IMG/VR virus record: IMGVR_UViG_3300033417_000031
Coordinates: 1 to 39,170 of that record
From: a virus
Taxonomy: Duplodnaviria > Caudoviricetes
Reading direction: 5' to 3' (one strand)
DNA length: 39,170 nt
Below the pieces are notes generated by a model that did no database searches, was not told the origin of the DNA, and worked only from the letters and a program-made list of their open reading frames with translations. The translations under genes and the position numbers were made by a program. Positions 9,567 through 18,871 of the stretch are shown piece by piece; the stretch's first letter is position 1; the number at the start of each line of letters is the position of its first letter.

Positions 9567-10661
9567 ATGGCGGCCCCGACAGAAACATATGTCGATCCGT
9601 CTATCGCGGGCGATAGCGGTGCGGGCACGATAGGCGATCCATTCGGCGATTTGCAATTCGCCCTCAACAGCGTAACTCGTGACGCCACGAATGGCGACCG
9701 CTTCAATATCAAGGCCGGCACCGATGAGATCATGGGGGCGGCCATTGATCTTACCAGTTATGGCACTCCTGCGGCAGGTGCACCACTGATCTTCCAGGGC
9801 TATACGTCTGCTGCTGGCGATGGCGGTCAGGGTGGCATCAGTGGAGGCGGCTCAGTCTCTATCAGCACTTCAGTATTGAATTATATTGTTTACCGAGATC
9901 TACATCTACACAATTGCGGCGCGGCAGATATTCTTGATGGTATAGATTTTGGAATTGTTGAAGGTTGCGAATTGGATAATACCATGGGGAACGGTATTGA
10001 CCCCGGCAATTCTATGCTAATTATTGGCAACCATTTTCATAATATTGGTGGCTTTGGAGTTGACTCTGGCAAATTTGCTGGAATCGTCAATAATTATTTT
10101 AAGGATGAAACGAATAAATTCACCAGAGCAATTAACTCCTTTTCTGACTCAAGTTATATTGCACGTAACATCATAAGTCTTAACAGCACAACAGGATACG
10201 GTATAGTTGCTGCCGGTATTGTCATCGGAAACAGTATATTCAATGCTGCCGCTGGAACAAATATTGGTATCTGGGGAGTAACTGGTGTTTTATCGCAACC
10301 CAGTGCATTTCTCAACAATCTTATAGAAGGGTTTAGCGGCGCAGGTGGCGACGGCATGCAAATTGATGTTGGCACCGACATACTGCTGGTTGGTAACAAC
10401 GCACTTTATAACAACACCACTCATTACACATTGAATGACGCGATCAGCATCGGGGATAACGAAGAACTTGGCGCATCCCCCTTCGCCAAGTCCGGTGCCG
10501 ATACCTTCGCCAACAGGTTCACCTATTTCGCGCCGGTAGATACCGGGAATGTGATCGGCGGGGCTTATCCGTCTGGCGCGAATCTCGATAAGGGGGCGGT
10601 GCAGGCCGCTGCTGCCGGTGGCGGAATAAGGCTTGCTGGCAGAGGGGGCCTCGCCGCATGA
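9567..10661 (+). CDS. Parallel beta-helix (pectate lyase-like) protein, putative head spike/fibre
   Basis: ETYVDP...G.GT..DPF N-terminus, Asn/Ile/Gly-rich repeats, C-terminal LDKGAVQ; core is clearly AT-richer than its flanks. Confidence 0.7.
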   Translation: MAAPTETYVDPSIAGDSGAGTIGDPFGDLQFALNSVTRDATNGDRFNIKAGTDEIMGAAIDLTSYGTPAAGAPLIFQGYTSAAGDGGQGGISGGGSVSISTSVLNYIVYRDLHLHNCGAADILDGIDFGIVEGCELDNTMGNGIDPGNSMLIIGNHFHNIGGFGVDSGKFAGIVNNYFKDETNKFTRAINSFSDSSYIARNIISLNSTTGYGIVAAGIVIGNSIFNAAAGTNIGIWGVTGVLSQPSAFLNNLIEGFSGAGGDGMQIDVGTDILLVGNNALYNNTTHYTLNDAISIGDNEELGASPFAKSGADTFANRFTYFAPVDTGNVIGGAYPSGANLDKGAVQAAAAGGGIRLAGRGGLAA

Positions 10662-11569
10662 CAGACTACACCGTTGGCGACACGATCCACCTGATGTTCA
10701 CGACACGGCAGTTTTCTACGGGCACACCTTTCACTCTTGCTGGCACCCCGGTTGTCTCGGCCTATGAAGACGACAGCCTGACGCAGATCACGGCCGGTAT
10801 CACGCTGGGCGTCGACCACGACGGCGTGACGGGCTTGAATCTTCTGACCATCGTTGCGAGCGGCGCGAACGGCTTCGAGACCGGCAAGGATTATAGCCTC
10901 GTTATCACGACGGGCACCGTCGATAGCGTCTCCGTCGTCGGCGAGGTGGTCGCCGAGTTCACGCTCGGGCGCAGCGCGGCAGCGGTGGATCTCGCCAACG
11001 GCACTGATGGGCTCGGCGCGATCAAGGCCGACACGGCCCTGATACTCGCCGACACCAACGAGCTCCAGGGGGACTGGGTTGATGGCGGCAGGCTGGATCT
11101 CATTCTCGATGCGCGCGCCAGCCAGGCGAGCCTCGATGTGGTCGACGGCGTCGCCGATGCGATTCTGATCGACACCGGCACGACGATCCCCGGCGTCCTC
11201 GGCACGCCCGCGGGCGCGTCGCTCGCGGCGGACTTGGTCGCGATCGCCGCCTTCATCGACACAGAGGTCGCGGCGATCCTCGAAGATACCGGGACCACGC
11301 TGCCCGCGTTGATCGCGGCCTTGAACGACGTGAGCGCCGCCGACGTGCTGGCCCAGGCGCGCGCCGCGCTCACCACCCAGATCACCGAGAGCTACGCCGC
11401 CAACGGCGTCGCGCCGACCTACGCCGAATGCCTCATGGCGATCCACCAGGCGGTCATGCACTTCGCCATTACCGGCGCGACCAAGGCGGTGAAGAAGCTG
11501 GACGGCAGCGCCGCTTTCAGCATCACCCACGACACCGCCGCCAGTCCGACCAGCGCCAGCCGGGTCTGA
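10658..11569 (+). CDS. Putative virion surface protein (Ig-like N-terminus plus helical repeats)
   Basis: Thr/Ala-rich; internal repeats LILADTNE / AILIDTGTTIP / AILEDTGTTLP; ATGA coupling. Confidence 0.65.
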   Translation: MTDYTVGDTIHLMFTTRQFSTGTPFTLAGTPVVSAYEDDSLTQITAGITLGVDHDGVTGLNLLTIVASGANGFETGKDYSLVITTGTVDSVSVVGEVVAEFTLGRSAAAVDLANGTDGLGAIKADTALILADTNELQGDWVDGGRLDLILDARASQASLDVVDGVADAILIDTGTTIPGVLGTPAGASLAADLVAIAAFIDTEVAAILEDTGTTLPALIAALNDVSAADVLAQARAALTTQITESYAANGVAPTYAECLMAIHQAVMHFAITGATKAVKKLDGSAAFSITHDTAASPTSASRV

Positions 11570-11572
11570 TCC

Positions 11573-11767
11573 ATGGCCGTGAAGAACGTCGTCACCCTCG
11601 GCTACGGGGCCGCGGGCGGTTTCGCCACGACCGTCGCCTTCGTCGTCACCCTCGGCTACTCGCTCGGCGCCGCTGGCGTACCCGGCCTCGTCGCGGTGGC
11701 GGCGGGCGGGGCGGGCGTCGCGGTGGCGGCGGGCGGGGCGGGCGTCACGGTCGAGATCGACCCATGA
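11573..11767 (+). CDS. Small hydrophobic repeat protein
   Basis: VVTLGY twice and VAVAAGGAG twice. Confidence 0.6.
   Translation: MAVKNVVTLGYGAAGGFATTVAFVVTLGYSLGAAGVPGLVAVAAGGAGVAVAAGGAGVTVEIDP
11690..11743 (+). repeat. Perfect 27-bp tandem duplication
   Basis: GTCGCGGTGGCGGCGGGCGGGGCGGGC x2. Confidence 0.9.
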
Positions 11768-11774
11768 GGGCAGG

Positions 11775-12077
11775 ATGACCACGGCCACGGCCACGGTGGG
11801 GAGCTCGAAGCGCCTCACCTTCACCTTCACCGACATCGCCGGCGACCCGGCGGAGCCGACGTCGATCGCGCTCACCATCCGCGAGCCCGACGGCGTCGAG
11901 ATCGCCAAGACCGATGCCGACATGACCCACGCCGTTACCTCGCCGGTCAACGGCACCTACACCTACGACCACCCGGTCGCGAAGGAAGGGCGGCACTTCG
12001 TCCACGTCGACGCCGACGGCGCGGTCGAGGCGGCGAGCCAGAGCGAGTTCTACGCGTTCAGGAAAGTGACGAGCTGA
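11775..12077 (+). CDS. Small Ig-like virion protein (putative)
   Basis: Alternating beta-strand pattern, IREPDG, GTYTYD; coupled to the head-tail connector gene. Confidence 0.6.
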   Translation: MTTATATVGSSKRLTFTFTDIAGDPAEPTSIALTIREPDGVEIAKTDADMTHAVTSPVNGTYTYDHPVAKEGRHFVHVDADGAVEAASQSEFYAFRKVTS

Positions 12078-12664
12078 TGTCATTGTACCCCGGCCTGCCA
12101 GACGCGCCGCTGACGCCGCCGGCGGTCGAGCCGCTCGGTCTCGCCGAGGCGAAGGACCACCTGCGGGTGACCTCGGCGACCGAGGACGCGCTGATCGACG
12201 CCGACATCATCGCCGCCCGCTGGCGCATGGAGAAATACTTGGGGCGCGCGCTCGTCACCCAGACCTGGGAGTGGTATCTCGACCGCTTCCGCTCGGTCTT
12301 CCGGGTGCCGATGCCGGCGCTGCAGTCGGTCACCTCGATCAAGTATTTCGACGGCGACGGCGTCGAGCAGACCCTCGCAGCGAGCGTCTACCAGGTCGAC
12401 ACCAAGCACACGCCGGGCCGCATCGCCGAGGCCTACGGCGAGACCTGGCCCGCGACCCGCGACCAGTTCAACGCCGTCAAGATCACCTTCGTCGCCGGCT
12501 ACGGCGACGCCGCCAGCGACGTGCCGGCACCCTTGCGGTCGGCGCTGCTGCTCGATGTCGGCCACCTCTTCCGCAACCGCGAGGCCACGGTGGACCGCGA
12601 GCACATGACCCTGCCGCTCGGCTACGCGGCGCTCGCCGCGCCGTTCATCGCCTACAGGTTCTGA
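12077..12664 (+). CDS. Head-tail connector (gp6-like, phiE125 gp8 type)
   Basis: EPLGLAEAKDHLRV..EDALI, RALVTQTW, VKITFVAGYG, VPAPL, LFRNRE. Confidence 0.9.
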   Translation: MSLYPGLPDAPLTPPAVEPLGLAEAKDHLRVTSATEDALIDADIIAARWRMEKYLGRALVTQTWEWYLDRFRSVFRVPMPALQSVTSIKYFDGDGVEQTLAASVYQVDTKHTPGRIAEAYGETWPATRDQFNAVKITFVAGYGDAASDVPAPLRSALLLDVGHLFRNREATVDREHMTLPLGYAALAAPFIAYRF

Positions 12665-12677
12665 GGACATTCAGCGC

Positions 12678-13001
12678 ATGGGCCTGCTCAACGCCGGCGA
12701 CATGGACCGGGAGGTGACGATCGAGCAGAGAAGCCTGAGCACCGGCACGCCGGACCCGGTCGAGACCTGGACGACGTGGGCGACGGTGTGGGCGCGCCGC
12801 CTCGACCGCACCGGCATGGAGGTGTTCCGCGCCGGTCGCGAGGAACGCGAGGGCGCGACGGTGTTCCGCCTGCGCTGGATCGCGGGGCTCAGCGCGGAGA
12901 TGCGCCTGGTCGAGGACGGCGTTGTCTACGACATCCAGTCAATCGCCGAGCTCGGCCGCCGCGAGGGCTGGGACGTGCTCGCCACCAGGCGGGGCGATTG
13001 A
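12678..13001 (+). CDS. Head closure / head-tail adaptor protein
   Basis: AGDMDREVTIE, W.TWATVWA, FRLRW..L...MRL, YDIQSI. Confidence 0.88.
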   Translation: MGLLNAGDMDREVTIEQRSLSTGTPDPVETWTTWATVWARRLDRTGMEVFRAGREEREGATVFRLRWIAGLSAEMRLVEDGVVYDIQSIAELGRREGWDVLATRRGD

Positions 13002-13022
13002 GGGGCGGCCGAGGAGAATCCG

Positions 13023-13532
13023 ATGGCGGCGAAGCGCGCGCAGATGGTGGTGGCGCCCGAGTTCGTGCGCGTCGCGCGCCAGCTGCCGGCGCGCATGGAG
13101 AAGCGGGTCTACTCGGGCGCCCTCAACGCCGGGGCGCAGGTGATCCGCCGCGAGGCGATCGCCAAGCTCGAGGGCGGCGGCCGGGCGGACGTGATCGTGA
13201 AGCGGCAGCGGCGCAGCCTCACCGGCGCCATCGCCTCGGTCGCGATCGGCGTCTCAAGCGCGCGGTGGTGGCTGGTGTTCACCGAGTTCGGCCGGCAGGC
13301 GCTCGATGCGCCGGCGGGCTCGGCCATCCCGATGCACCTCGAGGACGGCAGCATCGTGTTCACCAAGCACGCGAAGGCGGTTCCGCCGCGCCCGTTCTTC
13401 CGCCCGGCGTGGGACGCGAAGAACGAGGAGGCGGTCCGCACCATGGGCGCGGCGCTGCTGCGCGGCCTCACCCGCGAGGCGCAGAAGCTCGCCGGATCGT
13501 TCGCCAAGAGCGGGCTCGGACGCCGCCGATGA
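13023..13532 (+). CDS. HK97 gp10-like neck protein
   Basis: ALNAGAQVIR, FTEFG, PPRPFFRPAWD. Confidence 0.85.
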   Translation: MAAKRAQMVVAPEFVRVARQLPARMEKRVYSGALNAGAQVIRREAIAKLEGGGRADVIVKRQRRSLTGAIASVAIGVSSARWWLVFTEFGRQALDAPAGSAIPMHLEDGSIVFTKHAKAVPPRPFFRPAWDAKNEEAVRTMGAALLRGLTREAQKLAGSFAKSGLGRRR

Positions 13533-13543
13533 AGGGCAGCCGA

Positions 13544-13601
13544 ACCACCGAGGCACAGAGGCCGCAGAAGATATGGATTTTCTCCTCTGCGTCTCCGTGG
13601 T
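13544..13601. repeat. Dispersed inverted-repeat element, copy 2
   Basis: ACCACCGAGGCACAGAG ... CTCTGCGTCTCCGTGGT. Confidence 0.9.
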
Positions 13602-13634
13602 GAAACAAGTGACTGATTCCTACGCCGGTGCGTT

Positions 13635-14042
13635 ATGACCGATATCGTCCAGGCGCTCTATGACAAGCTCGCCGCCGAGAGCGCCGTCACCGACCTGGTC
13701 GGCACCCGCATCTATCTCGGCGAGGCGCCGCAGAACGTCGCAACGCCCTACGTCGTCTACTTCCTGGTCGGCCCGGTGCACGACCGGACACTGGAAGGCC
13801 GGTCGCGGCTGGTGCGCTCGCGCTTCCAGCTCGACTGCTACGATACCAAGACGGCCAACGCCGGCGCGCTCTCGGTGGTGGCGATCGCGAACGCGATCCG
13901 CGAGGCGCTCGACGGCTTCCGCGGCACGGTCTCCGGCGTCTCGTTCAAGAGCGTCATGGCCGACGGCGACCGCGACCTGACGGTGCCGGAGACCCGGCTC
14001 GCCCAGCGCAGCCTCGACCTCGTCGTCTGGCACGACGAGTAA
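13635..14042 (+). CDS. Tail terminator / completion protein (DUF3168-like)
   Basis: LVGTRIY..APQ..TPYVVY, RFQLDCY, AIREALDGF; position before the tail tube gene. Confidence 0.85.
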   Translation: MTDIVQALYDKLAAESAVTDLVGTRIYLGEAPQNVATPYVVYFLVGPVHDRTLEGRSRLVRSRFQLDCYDTKTANAGALSVVAIANAIREALDGFRGTVSGVSFKSVMADGDRDLTVPETRLAQRSLDLVVWHDE

Positions 14043-14051
14043 ATAAGATTC

Positions 14052-14112
14052 ACCACAGAGACGGGAGATCACAGAGCTCTCCCGTTCCCCAACACCTCGG
14101 TGTCTCTGTGGT
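14052..14112. repeat. Dispersed inverted-repeat element, copy 3
   Basis: ACCACAGAGACGGGAG ... CTCGGTGTCTCTGTGGT, with an internal ACGGGAGA/TCTCCCGT stem. Confidence 0.88.
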
Positions 14113-14139
14113 CAATTGATCACTTCGATTCAATCCGCG

Positions 14140-14169
14140 GGCCGCCCGGTTCGGGCGGCCTTCTTTTTT
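14140..14169 (+). terminator. Stem-loop with U-tract before the tail tube RBS
   Basis: GGCCGCCCG-GTT-CGGGCGGCC-TTCTTTTTT followed by GGAGG. Confidence 0.6.
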
Positions 14170-14181
14170 GGAGGACCGTGA

Positions 14182-14601
14182 ATGACCAGCCTAGCGATCC
14201 ATTCCGAAGGCACCTTGTTCCAGCGCGGCGACGGCGCCTCGCCCGAGGTGTTCGCCACCATCGGCGAGGTGACCGACTTCGACGGCCCGAGCGGCCAGGC
14301 GGCCGTCATCGACGTGACCCACTTCCAGTCGACCTTCAAGGACAAGCTGATCGGCCTGCCCGACGAAGGCCAGTTCACCCTCTCCGGCAACTACGTGAAG
14401 TCCTCGACCGCCCAGGCGGGCCTGAAGACCGACCGGACCAACCGGACGCTCCGGAACTTCAAGCTGACGCTGACCGATAGCCCGGCCACGGTGCTCACCT
14501 TCGCGGCCTTCGTGCTGAGCTTCTCGATCTCGGCGGCGGTCGACGACAAGGTGCCGTTCAGCGTCACCCTCGAGATCTCCGGCCCGGTCACCTGGGCATG
14601 A
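14182..14601 (+). CDS. Major tail (tube) protein
   Basis: GDGASPEVFATIGEV, IDVTH, GLPDEG, VTLEISG motifs of lambda-like tail tube proteins. Confidence 0.9.
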   Translation: MTSLAIHSEGTLFQRGDGASPEVFATIGEVTDFDGPSGQAAVIDVTHFQSTFKDKLIGLPDEGQFTLSGNYVKSSTAQAGLKTDRTNRTLRNFKLTLTDSPATVLTFAAFVLSFSISAAVDDKVPFSVTLEISGPVTWA

Positions 14602-15083
14602 GTCGTGGGCCTGGCGGCACGGGCGAAGCGAAGCCCAACGGCGCGCTCGCCGGCGCGGCGCTCAGGGCGGCGATCCTCGCCGCCGACGACCTGCCGCGCG
14701 AGCCGGTCGAGGTGCCCGAGTGGGGCCTGCCTGAGGTCTGCGAGCTCTACGTCCGCACCATGACCGGCGCCGAGAAGGACCGCTACGAGTGGAGCGAGGT
14801 GACCGCCAAGAACGGCGGCAAGCCCGAGGGCGCGCGCGCGCGCCTCCTGGTGCTGTGCCTGGTCGACCGGGACGGGATCCGCATCTTCGGCGAGGACGAC
14901 ATCGCGGCGCTCGGTGCCAAGTCCTCCGCCGCCCTCGACCGCTGCTACGAGGTCGCGGCGCGGCTCAACCGCCTCACCGCCAAGGACCTGGATTTTTTAT
15001 TGCAGAGCTGGCTCGCGATGCAGCGCGCCGCTTCCAGTTCCGCCTCGCCCTCGCCCTCGGGCGAACCAGAGCTGAGCTCCTGA
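14598..15083 (+). CDS. Tail assembly chaperone (gpG-like)
   Basis: ILAADDLPREPVEVPEWG..YVRTMTG, CLVD..G.RIF; between tail tube and tape measure genes. Confidence 0.85.
   Translation: MSRGPGGTGEAKPNGALAGAALRAAILAADDLPREPVEVPEWGLPEVCELYVRTMTGAEKDRYEWSEVTAKNGGKPEGARARLLVLCLVDRDGIRIFGEDDIAALGAKSSAALDRCYEVAARLNRLTAKDLDFLLQSWLAMQRAASSSASPSPSGEPELSS
14993..14999 (+). other. Programmed -1 ribosomal frameshift slippery site
   Basis: T TTT TTA (X XXY YYZ) in the gpG frame; the -1 frame is open to 15340. Confidence 0.85.
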
Positions 15084-15340
15084 GGTCGATCGACGCGGCG
15101 GAGTTGGCGGAGTGGATGGCGTTCTCGCGGCTCGAGCCGTTTGGCGAGCTGCGCGCCGACTACCGGGCGGGCATCGTCGCCAGCACGTTCTACAACCTAC
15201 TCCGCGGCCGTAAGGCGCGCGGCCGCGGGCCCGAGGACTTCATGCCGTTCCTGAAGGCCGAGCGGCGGTGGGGCGACCCCAAGGGCCGCCGTGTCTCCGC
15301 CAGGATCCGCAGTTTCTTCAAGAGCCGAGAGAAAAGCTGA
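14993..15340 (+). CDS. gpT-like C-terminal extension of the tail chaperone (G-T fusion 14598..15340)
   Basis: -1 frame reads FRLALALGRTRAELL...ELAEWMAFSRLEPFGELRADYRAGIVAS...DFMP, typical of gpT. Confidence 0.85.
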   Translation, partial: FFIAELARDAARRFQFRLALALGRTRAELLRSIDAAELAEWMAFSRLEPFGELRADYRAGIVASTFYNLLRGRKARGRGPEDFMPFLKAERRWGDPKGRRVSARIRSFFKSREKS

Positions 15341-18075
15341 TGGTCACCACCGTCCCGGCCCTCAGGGGCTTCATGGACCTCGACGACAAGGCGTTCCGGG
15401 CGACCCTCGCCGGCGCCGAGCGCCGGACGCGCAGCTCGGCCGCGACCATGAACCGCGCCTTCGGCACCCTCGACCGCGGCATCGGCGGCGTGTCGCGGCG
15501 GCTCTTGAGCCTGAACCCGCTGCTGGCGGGGCTCTCGGCGGCCGCGATCTTCGGCGGCGTCATCCGCTCGACCCGGCAGTTCGAGAAGGAGCTCGCGGGG
15601 CTCAGCGCGATCACCGGCGCGACCGGCAAGGACCTCGCCTTCCTCGAGGCGCAGGCGAAACGCCTCGGCCGCGAGACGACGCGGTCGGCCGCCGACACCC
15701 TGACGGCGTTCAAGCTGATCGCCAGCGCCAAGCCGGACCTGCTGGCGAACGTGAAGGCGCTCGACCAGGTGACCGAGGCGGCGATCACGCTGTCGGAGGC
15801 CTCCGGCGAGGAGCTGCCGGCGGCGGCCGGCACGCTCACAACGGCCTTGAACCAGTTCCAGGCGGGCGCCGACCAGGCGGCGCGGTTCATCAACGTGCTC
15901 GCCGCCGGCGCCCAGAAGGGCGCGGTCGAGGTCGGGCCGTTCTCGACGGCGCTGACCAAGGCGGGCACCGTGGCCCACGACGCCGGCATCAGCTTCGAGC
16001 AGTTCACCGCGACCGTCCAGACGCTCGCCACCTTCGGCACGCCGCTGGAGCAGATCGGCACCTCGGTGAGGAACGTCCTCCTCAAGATGCAGGAGGGCAG
16101 CGACGCGACCAACCCCAAGGTCGTCGGCCTGACCCAGGCGCTCCTCAACCTCGGCGGCGAGCTGAAGACGACGGCCGACTTCACCAAGCGCTTCGGCCTG
16201 GAGAACGTGGTGGTGGCGAAGCAGATGGTCGCGACCGCCGACAAGGCGGCGGCGCTGAGCGGGGCGATCACCGGCACCAATCAGGCCTACGACCAGGCGG
16301 CGACCCGCACCGACAATTTGAGCGACGATCTCGACAAGCTCGGCAACGCCTTCGTCAACCTCGGCACCTCGATGGGCGGCCTCACCGGCGGGCCGCTGCG
16401 CTCGCTGATCCAGGGCTTCACCGAGGCGATCAACGAGACCTCCGCCTTCATCGACGAGGTGGCGCGGCTGCAGAGCCGCATCGACGAGCTGCGCGCGCGG
16501 CCGCAGGCGGCCTCGCCCATCCAGGACCTGCTCGGCTCGCTCGGTCTCTCCGCCGCGCGGTTCCCTCTCACGAAGGGCGGCGAGACGCAAGCCGCCTTCC
16601 TCGCGATGATCCGCGAGGGTCGCCGGCGCGCCGAGCTGGAGGCCCGCGGCATCGCCATCCCGACCCGCGGGCCGTCGCCGTTCACCGGGCTGAAGCTGCC
16701 GCCGCCTGCCGAGACCGGCACGGGCGGCGGCGGGGACGACGACGCGGCCAAGAAGCGGGAAGCGGCCCTCAAGGCGATCGAGGCGACGATCGCGGGGCTC
16801 GAGCAGGAGGCGCGCCTCGCCGGCACGGTCGCCGGCGAGCGCGAGAAGCTGGCCGCCATCCTCGGCATCGAGAACGCCGCGCGGGAAGGCAACATCGTCC
16901 TAACCGACGAGCAGCGCGCGCGGGTCCTCGCGGCGATCGCGACGACCCAGCAGCAGGCGCTCGAGGAAGAGAAGCTGCAGGCGATCCAGGCGCGCGAGAC
17001 GGCGCTCGGCGAGGATGTCGAGGATCTGCGCCTGCGCCTGCGCTTCGCCGGCCAGGAGACCGAGGAGTTCCGGGTCCAGGCGCGCCTGCTCGAGATCCGG
17101 CGCGACCTCGGCGAGGCGGCGGCCGCCTCGATGGAGACCGAGGTCCGCCAGGCGGAGCGCCTGAGGAGCGGCCTCGCCCAGATCGTCGAGCTGCGTGCCC
17201 GGGAGGCCGAGCAGACCGACCGGCTGAGCGACGCGGTGCGCGACCTCGGCCTCAGCTTCGAGAGCGCGTTCGAGGACGCGATCATCAACGGCGAGAAGCT
17301 GAGCGATATCCTGACCGGCCTGGAGCAGGACCTGCTCAGGCTCGGCCTCAGGAAGCTCGCCACCGAGCCCCTGTTCGAGGGGCTCACGCTCGGCGCCCAG
17401 GGCCGCGCCGCCGGCGAGGGCCTGCAGGGCCTGGTCTCCGGCGCGTTCGCCAGCCTCACCTCCCCGTTCCGCTCGGGTGCCGTTGAGGGCCTGATTCCGC
17501 CGCCGCCGCCCAAGCCGCCCGTCCCTGAGGCCTTCATGGCGGCGAGCGAGGAGGCACGAGGCGCACTTGAGGCGCTCGGCATAGCGAGCGGCGCGGCCGG
17601 CGGCTCGCTCGAGGGCAGCCTCGCGCCGGCGGCGATCAAGGCGGCGACCGAGACCATCACCGAGACGGCGGCGACCACGGCCGCGACGACGGCGCTCGGC
17701 AACCTGACGGCCTCCGCCACGGCGGCGGCGGCGGCACTCTCCACGGTGGCGGCCGGATCGGCGGCGAGCGGCGCGGGCAGCGCGCTCGACGCGCTCGCCA
17801 TCTTCGGGCCGGGGCCGCACCGCCAGCACGGCGGACCGGTCCAGGCGGGCCGCGCGTTCGTGGTCGGCGAGGCGGGCCCGGAACTGTTCGTGTCGCCGGC
17901 GAGCGGCACGATCGTCCCGAACGAGCGCGCCTTCGCCGGCGCCGGCATGGGCGCGCGACCGGTCACGATCGTCATCAACAACCCGACCGGCGTGGCCGAG
18001 ATCCAGCGGAACCTCGCGCAGGTCCGCGGCGCGGCGCGCGAGGCCATGGCTCGTGCTGAGAAGAGGGATTCCTGA
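15340..18075 (+). CDS. Tail tape measure protein
   Basis: TP901-type core (FEKELAGLSAITGATG, INVLAAGAQKG), long Ala/Glu helical region, C-terminal HGGPV.AG..FVVGEAGPELF. Confidence 0.93.
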   Translation: MVTTVPALRGFMDLDDKAFRATLAGAERRTRSSAATMNRAFGTLDRGIGGVSRRLLSLNPLLAGLSAAAIFGGVIRSTRQFEKELAGLSAITGATGKDLAFLEAQAKRLGRETTRSAADTLTAFKLIASAKPDLLANVKALDQVTEAAITLSEASGEELPAAAGTLTTALNQFQAGADQAARFINVLAAGAQKGAVEVGPFSTALTKAGTVAHDAGISFEQFTATVQTLATFGTPLEQIGTSVRNVLLKMQEGSDATNPKVVGLTQALLNLGGELKTTADFTKRFGLENVVVAKQMVATADKAAALSGAITGTNQAYDQAATRTDNLSDDLDKLGNAFVNLGTSMGGLTGGPLRSLIQGFTEAINETSAFIDEVARLQSRIDELRARPQAASPIQDLLGSLGLSAARFPLTKGGETQAAFLAMIREGRRRAELEARGIAIPTRGPSPFTGLKLPPPAETGTGGGGDDDAAKKREAALKAIEATIAGLEQEARLAGTVAGEREKLAAILGIENAAREGNIVLTDEQRARVLAAIATTQQQALEEEKLQAIQARETALGEDVEDLRLRLRFAGQETEEFRVQARLLEIRRDLGEAAAASMETEVRQAERLRSGLAQIVELRAREAEQTDRLSDAVRDLGLSFESAFEDAIINGEKLSDILTGLEQDLLRLGLRKLATEPLFEGLTLGAQGRAAGEGLQGLVSGAFASLTSPFRSGAVEGLIPPPPPKPPVPEAFMAASEEARGALEALGIASGAAGGSLEGSLAPAAIKAATETITETAATTAATTALGNLTASATAAAAALSTVAAGSAASGAGSALDALAIFGPGPHRQHGGPVQAGRAFVVGEAGPELFVSPASGTIVPNERAFAGAGMGARPVTIVINNPTGVAEIQRNLAQVRGAAREAMARAEKRDS

Positions 18076-18093
18076 TGGCCAGCGGGAAGTCGA

Positions 18094-18147
18094 ACCACAG
18101 AGACACGGAGCGCACAGAGCAGGAAATCTTCTCTGTGCCTCTGTGGT
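18094..18147. repeat. Dispersed inverted-repeat element, copy 4
   Basis: ACCACAGAGACACGGAG ... CTCTGTGCCTCTGTGGT. Confidence 0.92.
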
Positions 18148-18156
18148 GAGAGCTGA

Positions 18157-18843
18157 ATGGCTCACAGAAACGACGTGATCATGCCGGTGCGCGCGCGGTT
18201 CGGGTCGGCGACGGCGGCGCGGCGCGGCGTGCAGCAGCTGTTCACTGCCTCTGGCTTCCGTCACGCCAACCAGCTGTGGGCCTCGCCGCTGCGCACCCTC
18301 GTGCTCGATTATCTGCAATCGCCGGCCGACGCCTACGCCATCCTCGAGACGTTCCACGCGCTCGGCGGGCCGTTCGATACCTTCCTCGCCCGCGACTGGG
18401 CCGATTGGCACACGGCGGCGGCGAACGACATGCGCAACGCCGAGGTGGCGGGAACGAGCCACACCGACGCCCCGCTGATGAACCCCAACCTGGACCCGAT
18501 CACGAACCTGGGCGACGGCTCGACGACGGTGTTCCACACCTACAAGAACTACGCCAAAGGCGCGGGCGCGGCGCTGAACGAGCGGATCCGCCACCCGGTC
18601 GACGACGCCAACTTCAAGGTCGGCATCGACGGCGCCTTGCAGGGCTCGGGCTTCACGGTGACCGAGAACGGCGGGCTCGTCACCTTCTCGGTCGCGCCGT
18701 CGGGATCGCCGGAAGCGGTGCTCACCTGGGGCGGCAGCTTCTACCGCCCCGTCCACTTCGCCAACGACGACCTCGAGGAGCTCCTGCAGGAGGAGGCCTA
18801 CGGCTACGCCGGCATCCGGCTGCAGGAGGCGCGAGGGGTCTGA
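18157..18843 (+). CDS. Distal tail protein, DUF2460 / RcGTA-like
   Basis: TASG..HANQLW, FLARDWAD, GDGSTTVF..YKNY, GLVTFSVAP, FYRPVHF..D. Confidence 0.82.
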   Translation: MAHRNDVIMPVRARFGSATAARRGVQQLFTASGFRHANQLWASPLRTLVLDYLQSPADAYAILETFHALGGPFDTFLARDWADWHTAAANDMRNAEVAGTSHTDAPLMNPNLDPITNLGDGSTTVFHTYKNYAKGAGAALNERIRHPVDDANFKVGIDGALQGSGFTVTENGGLVTFSVAPSGSPEAVLTWGGSFYRPVHFANDDLEELLQEEAYGYAGIRLQEARGV

Positions 18844-18847
18844 TGAC

Positions 18848-18871
18848 CAGGGATCAGGGATGAGGGATCAG
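18848..18871 (+). repeat. Heptamer tandem repeat
   Basis: CAGGGAT CAGGGAT GAGGGAT CAG at a gene junction. Confidence 0.75.
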
